Shown here one piece after another: positions 56,741 through 64,000 of a DNA stretch of 64,000 bases. The DNA is from Vampirovibrionaceae bacterium NZW_1234. Lineage in GTDB: Bacteria > Cyanobacteriota > Vampirovibrionia > Vampirovibrionales > JAGQHJ01. Position 1 is the first letter of the stretch; each line of letters starts with the position of its first letter. The notes beneath the pieces are model-generated. The model was not told where the DNA came from and did not search any database. It saw nothing but the letters and a program-made list of their open reading frames with translations. Where the stretch lies: NCBI GenBank assembly GCA_041697335.1, contig JBGUGD010000009.1, forward strand, positions 32,001 to 96,000, read 5' to 3'. Made by a program: the position numbers and the translations under genes.

Positions 56741-59431
56741 ATGTCAGGTATTGGTATCAGGGGGTTTGATCCGACGGAGCCTGTATTATTCGGGCCTGAT
56801 GGTGACATGCCAGTACGTGGACGTCGGCCTGCGGAACCATTTGTTCCTCGGATGGGCATGACTGTATACCGTCCAATTGACCCAATGACAGGGTTGCCAA
56901 GAGCAATTCCTTATATACCTGTTCCTGTGGCTCCTCCATCTGAACCAACTGGCACTTCGGGTCCAGCTTCAGTTGATGGAATGAACTCGGGCGTTAGTTA
57001 TGATGATTTTTATGCTCTACCTCCAGCACCTACTCCCGTCGGTAGCTCTGGAGCATCCGGCACAAGTGGTGCATCTGGTGCAAGCGGTGCCTCAGGTACA
57101 AGTGGTACAACTAGTCCGGTAGTCCCTGCCACTCCAACTAATCCAGACGCCATTAATTATGACGATTTTTATGCTGTACCTTCAGCACCCACTCCCGTCG
57201 GTAGCTCTGGCGCATCCGGCACAAGCGGTGCATCCGGCACAAGCGGTGCATCCGGCACAAGTGGCGCATCCGGCACAAGTGGCGCATCCGGCACAAGTGG
57301 CGCATCCGGCACAAGCGGTGCATCTGGAACAAGCGGCGCATCTGGAACAAGTGGCGCATCCGGGCCGGTAGCCCCAGCCACTCCAACTGATCCAGACGCC
57401 ATTAATTATGACGATTTTTATGCTGTACCTCCAGCACCCACTCCCGTCGGTAGCTCTGGCGCATCCGGCACAAGCGGTGCATCCGGCACAAGTGGCGCAT
57501 CCGGCACAAGTGGTGCATCCGGTACAAGCGGTGCCTCTGGAACAAGCGGTGCCTCTGGAACAAGCGGTGCATCCGGCACAAGTGGCGCATCCGGGCCGGT
57601 AGCCCCAGCCAATCCAACTGATCCAGAAGCCATTAATTATGACGATTTTTATGCTGTAACGCCAGCACCTACTCCCGTCGGTAGCTCTGGCGCATCCGGC
57701 ACAAGCGGTGCCTCTGGAGCAAGTGGCGCATCCGGCACAAGCGGTGCCTCTGGAACAAGCGGCGCATCCGGCACAAGTGGTGCATCCGGCACAAGCGGCG
57801 CATCCGGTACAAGCGGTGCCTCTGGAACAAGCGGCGCATCCGGCACAAGTGGTGCCTCTGGAACAAGCGGCGCATCCGGCACAAGTGGTGCCTCTGGAAC
57901 AAGCGGCGCATCCGGACCAACAACGCTTGCTGTCGGTGGCATAAACTATACTCTAGAGGTTGGTAGGCCTTTAGCCGGGACATCGGTTAATTTAACTGCA
58001 GATGATGTCACTAAACTGCGTGATGAAACACGCCAAGCTGCAAATTGGACTCGCTTTGAGAGTCTCGTTAATGATAGAGGCAATCCGTCGAAGATTGCAG
58101 AACTGAATACCTTTTTAGAGGGGTTAAGTCCAGCGGAACGACGTGTTTTGATGGATCGACTTGAAAAGCAGCTCGCCGATCGAGAAACGCCCAGTGCTGG
58201 AACACCTGATCAAAACCTGAGAAGGGTTGCTGCTCTTGGTTTGCCGTCTAGTACTTGGATTCGAATGAATGCTGGATTGACCTATCAGCCCAGTAATACA
58301 GAATGGGCCGTTAAGGATATTGTTGAGGGCCGATATCAACATAATCCGGCGAATTTAGGGGAATCCAGAGCTGCTATTGATCGTGCATCGCAGCTGTACC
58401 AATATCTGCAGACCTTGAAAAATGGTAATCCTGAGCAGAGACGTTTATATGATTCCATTATTGCTTCATACCGGAGCCAGCCTGGAAAAGCGTCTGCAGA
58501 TTTAGAAGCCGATTTAATAACGAATCAACGAAATTATTTAAATTGGTTAAATACGTCGACGACCATTAGTGCTACAGATCGGAATGCAGCTGTTACACAG
58601 CTTTTTGCGGGGATGCCGGCTGCACAGGCAAATCTGATTACAAATCCGCAAATCGATGGTGCTCGTGTTTCTGATCAAACTCTATTCCAAAGAGGTAACG
58701 AAAAGACAGCAACAGCGAATACCGGTGATAATGCATTCCTAGATAGCTCAGGATTCTATGCGGTTTCTCGCTGGACGAATTATGATAATCCAACACAACA
58801 TGCGGCCTTGCAACAAGAACGAGCTGCTTTAAGGGCACGTTTGGCAGGAGCTCAGTGGGACACCTTACCAGATCAAGGCTTGGATCAAGCTGGCTTTGAG
58901 ACTTGGTTAAATGCTCAAAATGATAATGTTAAGAACTTTGTTCGGGATTATCATACTTACTTGCAAGGCCAAGGGGTCACTGATGCAAATGAACGAAATC
59001 GCAGAATTCGCACATTATTCCTATCTCTCAAAATGAATGAGGTTCCGACTCGGGAAGATGTACAGGCGATTTTGGAGAAACCACACCTTGCATTACCCAA
59101 CATTACTGCAGAGAACCTAAATCAAAACTATACATCCAATAGTGTTTGGGACAATAATGCAACAAATCGCACACATGTAAGAAACCACTTAGTTACTTTA
59201 GGAGCTCGTTTTAATGATCTGCCAGGCGAGAACCTCACTCCAGAATTATTTAACACGTGGTTAAATAATCAAAATGCTCAGGTTAAACGCTTTGCAGAAT
59301 CATATAGAGCCTATTTGAGGACTTTAACGACTGGATCTCCTGCGAGACCTTTAACAAATGAGCAGATAGAAAGAGCTCTCCGTGCCTATTTCCTGTCATT
59401 AAAGTTGGAAACAATGGCTCCGCGTAGCTAA
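56741..59431 (+). CDS. 896-aa protein with nested SGASGT / YDDFYA repeats and duplicated C-terminal helical domain
   Basis: AAGGGGG RBS; frame open across all repeats; terminator downstream. Confidence 0.85.
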   Translation: MSGIGIRGFDPTEPVLFGPDGDMPVRGRRPAEPFVPRMGMTVYRPIDPMTGLPRAIPYIPVPVAPPSEPTGTSGPASVDGMNSGVSYDDFYALPPAPTPVGSSGASGTSGASGASGASGTSGTTSPVVPATPTNPDAINYDDFYAVPSAPTPVGSSGASGTSGASGTSGASGTSGASGTSGASGTSGASGTSGASGTSGASGTSGASGPVAPATPTDPDAINYDDFYAVPPAPTPVGSSGASGTSGASGTSGASGTSGASGTSGASGTSGASGTSGASGTSGASGPVAPANPTDPEAINYDDFYAVTPAPTPVGSSGASGTSGASGASGASGTSGASGTSGASGTSGASGTSGASGTSGASGTSGASGTSGASGTSGASGTSGASGTSGASGPTTLAVGGINYTLEVGRPLAGTSVNLTADDVTKLRDETRQAANWTRFESLVNDRGNPSKIAELNTFLEGLSPAERRVLMDRLEKQLADRETPSAGTPDQNLRRVAALGLPSSTWIRMNAGLTYQPSNTEWAVKDIVEGRYQHNPANLGESRAAIDRASQLYQYLQTLKNGNPEQRRLYDSIIASYRSQPGKASADLEADLITNQRNYLNWLNTSTTISATDRNAAVTQLFAGMPAAQANLITNPQIDGARVSDQTLFQRGNEKTATANTGDNAFLDSSGFYAVSRWTNYDNPTQHAALQQERAALRARLAGAQWDTLPDQGLDQAGFETWLNAQNDNVKNFVRDYHTYLQGQGVTDANERNRRIRTLFLSLKMNEVPTREDVQAILEKPHLALPNITAENLNQNYTSNSVWDNNATNRTHVRNHLVTLGARFNDLPGENLTPELFNTWLNNQNAQVKRFAESYRAYLRTLTTGSPARPLTNEQIERALRAYFLSLKLETMAPRS
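56993..57915 (+). repeat. Hierarchical coding repeat: four macro-units each containing an 18-nt (SGASGT) array
   Basis: (V/I)(S/N)YDDFYA(L/V) heads at 56993, 57152, 57401, 57632; spacings 159, 249, 231 nt. Confidence 0.92.
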
Positions 59432-59446
59432 CGAAATGAAGATAAT

Positions 59447-59481
59447 AAGAGCTCTTTGTGCAGAATGAACAAAGAGCTCTT
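59447..59481 (+). terminator. Stem-loop after the 896-aa gene
   Basis: AAGAGCTCTTTGT / ACAAAGAGCTCTT. Confidence 0.75.
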
Positions 59482-59632
59482 CTACTGTTTATAAATTACT
59501 CGGCTAGAAAAATATAAGGTTAGAGCTAAGAGGGAGGAAAGCTTGAATTGATTTTTGTCAAATAATAGAGTTTTTAGTGCTATATGCCATTATGTTAACT
59601 TTTGTTTCATACGTAACATCAAAAATATTAAT

Positions 59633-59644
59633 ATTGTTTTTATA
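59633..59644 (+). promoter_or_regulatory. ATTGTTTTTATA element upstream of the six-gene array
   Basis: Identical 12-mer found upstream of three other ORFans; 55 nt before GTG. Confidence 0.5.
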
Positions 59645-59698
59645 TTTGTAAGACTTATATAGTGCTAGGGTAATTTCCGTCTCGGAGGACATGGTACG

Positions 59699-60514
59699 GT
59701 GACATTTAATACAATATTGTTAATGACAGTCCCGATGGCTGTCGGCCAAGATCCTGACACGCCAAAGAGGCCAAGCCAGGTAGATAAGATAGAACCTTTT
59801 CCAGGCGGAAATAATGAAAATCTAGTTATCGGTGGTATTCCCGGGGGAAAGACGGGGACACCGTTTAAACCGGGACAGGTTAAAGTGGATGATACTAGAG
59901 GCACAGAAACAGGTTCAGGTGGTTCGCCGGGAGGTACTGGTGGATCAGTTTTTAAGCCAGGTCAAGTTAAGGTTGATGAAACTCGTGGTACTGAAGTAAA
60001 ACCGCCTATCCCCCAGCCTGCAGTTTATACACCACCGGCAGGGTTTTCCATGGATGTTGCAAAGGCAAATAGCCTGAGCTACCCGCCCCCAAAAAGGCCA
60101 TATGATCGTGGCGATATGAACTCTGAAAGTTATTACATTGCACGTAATCGCCCGAAGAATGAAGCTTTTGTGAAGCAGCTTTATCAAATGATTCTGGGGA
60201 GAGATGGTTCTCCAGGAGAAATCAGTGGTTGGAGCTCACGGTTAGATTCAGGTGAATCTGCAGATATGGTTCTTGCAGAGTTTTTGATTTCTGATGAATT
60301 TAACCAGAAATATCCAATGAGTAATGAAGAATTTGTAAAAAACGTTTATCGAATCTACTTACGCCGTGAAGCTGATCCTGAAGGGATAGCAGGATGGAGT
60401 GGAAAGGTTAATAGTGGTGAATTATCTCGAAAAGACTTAATTAAAAATATACTTCAATCTGCAGAATTCAGAAATAATGTACTTTTGCCAAGGTTACGAA
60501 TGTTGACTAGATAA
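59699..60514 (+). CDS. FKPGQVKVDD-motif protein A with DUF4214-like C-terminus
   Basis: GGAGG RBS; two motifs; FVKQLYQMILGR...W...L.SG...F..SDEF and SNEEFV..VY...LRREADPEG..W...SR......SAEF. Confidence 0.85.
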   Translation: MTFNTILLMTVPMAVGQDPDTPKRPSQVDKIEPFPGGNNENLVIGGIPGGKTGTPFKPGQVKVDDTRGTETGSGGSPGGTGGSVFKPGQVKVDETRGTEVKPPIPQPAVYTPPAGFSMDVAKANSLSYPPPKRPYDRGDMNSESYYIARNRPKNEAFVKQLYQMILGRDGSPGEISGWSSRLDSGESADMVLAEFLISDEFNQKYPMSNEEFVKNVYRIYLRREADPEGIAGWSGKVNSGELSRKDLIKNILQSAEFRNNVLLPRLRMLTR

Positions 60515-60614
60515 TAAGCGGAATTTGGCCAAGTCAAGTCTATGGCCATCGTCAATCTCATCTCGTAGTGATTTTAAATTCTTATACAGCTAGGTTTATG
60601 GAGGTCGTTGGATA

Positions 60615-61496
60615 ATGAATATTTCACCTGTAATGTTATTGGGCTTGCCATTTGGAGCGCCGCAAGATCCTAATACGCCGAAGCCGCCTAGCAATACAAA
60701 AAATATTGACGACAGTAGTGGTAATGAGTTTGGGGTGCCAGGGGCAACAACTCCAGATAAGAAACCGAATCATTATTTTAAGCCCGGTCAAGTTAAAGTA
60801 GTGGATTCAGGGGGAACAGAACCCAATGCTTCGAAATCCAACGGACCACCCTCAAAAAGTATATTTAAGCCGGGTCAGGTAAAAGTGGATGATTCTCGTG
60901 GGTCCGAGAAGGGAGTGCCCACTAAGGCCCCTGTGGTTTCTACTCCTCCATCTAGGAGCATCGATTTGGAATCTGCAAAGCGTTTAAGCTATCCTCCCAT
61001 CAATATTTGGGCTCTTAATTCTCTACCTGAACCATATAATTCTTTTGTGCAAGGAAATACCAAATATTTAGTTGAAAAATGCTTAAATAACTTTTCGAAG
61101 CAAACTTTTTTGGAAATCCAAAATAAAAAATTTGCAAAAGATGTCTACCAGCTATTGTTGGGCCGGGAAATACAGCCTTGGGAATTAGAGGCACGTGCCA
61201 ATCAATTGCAAACCGGTGAATTTACTCCGGAAGACTTAATAAAGGCGGTTCTCATTTCGGATGAGTTTAACCAGAAAAACCCAATGAGTAACGAGGAATT
61301 TACCAGAAGCCTATATCGGCTGATTCTACAACGAGAAGCGAAACCAAATGAAGTTTCTGGTTGGGCTTCCGCATTAGACTCAGGTCAGGTTAGTCGCAAG
61401 CAGATGATAGAAAAATTTCAGCAGTCCAGTGAATATCTTAGTGATGTAGCCTACCCAAGGTTTAAGGATGAAATAAGCCGTTATTCATTCTTGTAA
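60615..61496 (+). CDS. FKPGQVKVDD-motif protein B with DUF4214-like C-terminus
   Basis: GGAGG RBS; two motifs; paralog of A (LISDEFNQK.PMSNEEF). Confidence 0.85.
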   Translation: MNISPVMLLGLPFGAPQDPNTPKPPSNTKNIDDSSGNEFGVPGATTPDKKPNHYFKPGQVKVVDSGGTEPNASKSNGPPSKSIFKPGQVKVDDSRGSEKGVPTKAPVVSTPPSRSIDLESAKRLSYPPINIWALNSLPEPYNSFVQGNTKYLVEKCLNNFSKQTFLEIQNKKFAKDVYQLLLGREIQPWELEARANQLQTGEFTPEDLIKAVLISDEFNQKNPMSNEEFTRSLYRLILQREAKPNEVSGWASALDSGQVSRKQMIEKFQQSSEYLSDVAYPRFKDEISRYSFL

Positions 61497-61557
61497 TGAA
61501 CAAAAAGAATTTTGATTACATTGGTTATTTACGGATAAGACACAGGAGACAATAAAA

Positions 61558-62079
61558 ATGAGCGTTACTAGTGTTTTACTTTTCGGAACACCATTGGCAA
61601 TTGGACAAGACCCAAATACACCAAAGCGTCCAACTCAAACAGGCACGATTGACCCGGATGCAGGTCGTGATAGTAATCCAGTCGTTGGCCCGGGAACAAC
61701 AGGGACACAAAACAATGTGTTTAAGCCTGGGCAGGTAAAAGTTGATGATAAACGTGGGACGGAGGTCACGGGTGCATCTTCCGGAAATTCGCCTCAAACG
61801 GTGTTTAAGCCAGGTCAAGTAAAAGTAGATGACACGCGCGGGACCGAAGTTGTAAAAGCACCGGTCGTAAATGTCCCTGCACCAACGGCCCCAACACCTG
61901 CAGTGACGTACTACCAACCGGTAAAAACCACAGATCCCGATGATGAATTGGTTTATGATGATACTTGTGGTAATGACGTCTATTATACCCGTCGTCAATT
62001 GCGAGAGAAAGAGGAAGCTATTCAGCGCGCACGCCCAAATGACACACCTCCAAGCTCTGATCCCTATGACAACTACTAA
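61558..62079 (+). CDS. FKPGQVKVDD-motif protein C
   Basis: AGGAG RBS; two motifs; TTDPDDEL.Y.D.CGND.Y tail. Confidence 0.82.
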   Translation: MSVTSVLLFGTPLAIGQDPNTPKRPTQTGTIDPDAGRDSNPVVGPGTTGTQNNVFKPGQVKVDDKRGTEVTGASSGNSPQTVFKPGQVKVDDTRGTEVVKAPVVNVPAPTAPTPAVTYYQPVKTTDPDDELVYDDTCGNDVYYTRRQLREKEEAIQRARPNDTPPSSDPYDNY

Positions 62080-62142
62080 CAGCTCATATAAAGAAAGACA
62101 CACGTAAATTAAATTGATAATTCGTAGGAGGACAACGATATA

Positions 62143-62664
62143 ATGAGCGTTACGAGTGTTTTGCTATTTGGGACACAGCTCGCAATTGGACAAGACCCAA
62201 ATACACCAAAGCGTCCAACTCAAACAGGTACGGTTGACCCGGATGCAGGTCGTGATAGTAATCCAGTCGTTGGCCCGGGAACAACAGGGACACAAAACAA
62301 TGTGTTTAAGCCTGGGCATGTAAAAGTTGATGATAAACGTGGAACGGAGGTCACGGGTGCATCTTCCGGAAATTCACCTCAAATGGTGTTTAAGCCAGGT
62401 CAAGTAAAAGTAGATGACACGCGCGGGACCGAAGTTCTGAAGACGCCAATTGGCGATACTCTGAGACCAACAAAGCCAACATCTGTGGTTAATAACTATC
62501 CACTGGTAATAACCACAGATCCTGATGATGAATTGGATTATACTGACTCCTGTGGTAACGATATTTACTTTACTCGGCGTCAGGTACGTGAAAAATGGGA
62601 AGCTGTTCAACGGGCAAGAGCAAATAGCAGACCCTCAAGCTCTGAATCCTATGACGACAATTGA
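62143..62664 (+). CDS. FKPGQVKVDD-motif protein D (recent duplicate of C)
   Basis: AGGAGG RBS; 5' half near-identical to C at DNA level. Confidence 0.82.
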   Translation: MSVTSVLLFGTQLAIGQDPNTPKRPTQTGTVDPDAGRDSNPVVGPGTTGTQNNVFKPGHVKVDDKRGTEVTGASSGNSPQMVFKPGQVKVDDTRGTEVLKTPIGDTLRPTKPTSVVNNYPLVITTDPDDELDYTDSCGNDIYFTRRQVREKWEAVQRARANSRPSSSESYDDN

Positions 62665-62731
62665 ATACTCAAGTAAGAGACGAAAATAACTTGAAGAAAT
62701 TAATTGGATAGAATATGGAGTAAATTGGAAA

Positions 62732-63154
62732 ATGAGCTTTGGAACCATAGCAATGATGTCATTAACAACCACATTACCTTGGAAGTTTATTCCAGAAGAT
62801 ACGCCAAAGAGAGAAAGTAATGCCAATAAAATTGAAGATACCAGTGGCAATGGAACACAGACAACAGGATCGTCTTCTGGGGGTTCTTCTAACAACTATT
62901 TTAAACCAGGTCAAGGGAGAGTAGATGATACCCGCGGAACAGAAGTCGCGAAGACAGGTACTGCTGCAAAGCAACCATCATCGGCAGTATCAACGAGCAA
63001 CAGCGAGTCTTTGTTTGCTGAAAAAGAAATTATGATTTTATGGGGAGTTAATATGAAGGTAGTTTATTTTAATGCTCCTATTAAAAGCGTTCCTTCTTCT
63101 ACGGAGCAAAACCCTGAAATTCCTAAGTATCTTCGTGACTTACATGGCCTGTAA
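62732..63154 (+). CDS. FKPGQ-motif protein E (single motif)
   Basis: GGAG RBS; MSFGTIAMM leader; FKPGQGRVDDTRGTE. Confidence 0.75.
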   Translation: MSFGTIAMMSLTTTLPWKFIPEDTPKRESNANKIEDTSGNGTQTTGSSSGGSSNNYFKPGQGRVDDTRGTEVAKTGTAAKQPSSAVSTSNSESLFAEKEIMILWGVNMKVVYFNAPIKSVPSSTEQNPEIPKYLRDLHGL

Positions 63155-63260
63155 ATATTCTTTTACCCAGTAGTAAGAGTTTTCTATTCTCTATTACCGA
63201 TAACTACAATATACAAGGTATGAATATCATTATTTCGCAAAACTAAGGAGGAATTGGACA

Positions 63261-63776
63261 GTGACATTTGGAACCATTGCAATGATGACACCTTGGAGTT
63301 TCGGTCAGGATCCGGATACGCCAAAAAAAACCAGTAATGCTAAAAATGTTGATGATTCTGGTGGCCTTGGCACCTATTTTGGAGGTAATTCAACCGTTAA
63401 TCCTGGTGGAAGTAACGCAACAAGTGTATTCAAGCCCGGTAAAGTCAAGGTTGATGATGCCCGGGGTACTGAAACGAAAGGGGCAACCCCTGGAGGAGGA
63501 GGTTCTAAGTCGGTATTTAAACCTGGTCAAACAAAGGTTGATGATACTCGGGGGACTGAAGTGAAGACTCCGCCCGTGGTAGCTAAACCTGCAACTCCTT
63601 CTGAGGAAAAAAAGGAACCTTATAATCCTGGTTATCGATCCGAGTCAGAACCACCACCAGGCTACTACTGGGATTACAGTGACGTTGTTGCTGGCGGAGG
63701 GGGGCCTGATTTGAAACCTATTCCTGGGTATCGTCCTTCTGCACCTCCGCCTGAGTTTGATCCGAATGATTTTTAG
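63261..63776 (+). CDS. FKPGQVKVDD-motif protein F
   Basis: AAGGAGG RBS before GTG; two motifs; Pro/Tyr-rich tail. Confidence 0.82.
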   Translation: MTFGTIAMMTPWSFGQDPDTPKKTSNAKNVDDSGGLGTYFGGNSTVNPGGSNATSVFKPGKVKVDDARGTETKGATPGGGGSKSVFKPGQTKVDDTRGTEVKTPPVVAKPATPSEEKKEPYNPGYRSESEPPPGYYWDYSDVVAGGGGPDLKPIPGYRPSAPPPEFDPNDF

Positions 63777-63791
63777 TCATCTTCGCTAGCC

Positions 63792-63839
63792 TTAAAAGTG
63801 ACAATGCAAGGTGTTTTGCCTTGCTTTTGTCACTTTTAA
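63792..63839 (+). terminator. Long hairpin closing the six-gene array
   Basis: TTAAAAGTGACAA.GCAAGG / CCTTGC..TTGTCACTTTTAA. Confidence 0.75.
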
Positions 63840-64000
63840 CTTTAATCCTGGTCTATAATAGCTATGCTTTATGCAATCTGTTTTTATAAGATGCATTGTT
63901 TTTTGCTATGAGATTGAACATATTTTGTTCTGTTCTAGAAATAGAGTGCTATAAAGTCCTTGAACTTAATGAGCATAAGTATTTACATTCTCACAACATT

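Noticed and set aside
56993..57915. Repeats as a possible CRISPR array
   Set aside because: Units are in-frame multiples of 3 with synonymous variation, have no unique spacers, and no cas genes are present.
59864..59908. FKPGQVKV as a KOW motif
   Set aside because: Spacing differs from GDxVxVxxG and the flanks are disordered Gly/Ser, not an SH3-like barrel.
1..64000. tRNA, rRNA, IS elements, prophage or defence systems
   Set aside because: No cloverleaf/T-loop context and no transposase, integrase, phage or defence motifs recognised.

Overview
Chromosomal window from a diderm bacterium with no photosynthesis genes here. The gene content (lpxK/waaF, cyanobacteria-like DUF2993/GerMN/NTF2-like proteins, three YkgJ-type Cys-cluster paralogs, many lineage-specific ORFans) suggests Vampirovibrionia/Melainabacteria; this is inference and was not searched. 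About 1-55 kb is mostly housekeeping: S8 protease, lpxK-waaF-mutS2, gmk, two-component genes, korABC, lspA-rluD-folD, TpsB, NIT-domain MCP, infC-rpmI-rplT, proC-rocD, proBA, lgt, marC, suhB, dusB and a UbiD-family decarboxylase, interleaved with ORFans. The most unusual part is the AT-richer 55-64 kb block. It ends in a tandem array of six paralogous genes (59699-63776). All six share a short uncharged leader followed by (Q)DPxTPK-like sequence and together carry 11 copies of a 15-aa FKPGQVKVDDTRGTE motif, followed by different C-terminal domains (two are DUF4214-like). Upstream of the array is an 896-aa protein with nested (SGASGT)n / INYDDFYAV repeats. An identical 12-mer, ATTGTTTTTATA, lies 55-80 nt upstream of the array and of three other ORFan genes elsewhere in the window, suggesting a shared regulon. 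Other notable signals are a pair of Pro/Gln-rich low-complexity paralogs, a recurring N-terminal (R/Q)F(S/G/Q)(G/A) motif in ORFans, a minimal kinase-like ORFan, and a helically phased CACGCG repeat cluster. No tRNA, rRNA, CRISPR, integrase or transposase was recognised. All family calls come from reading motifs by eye.
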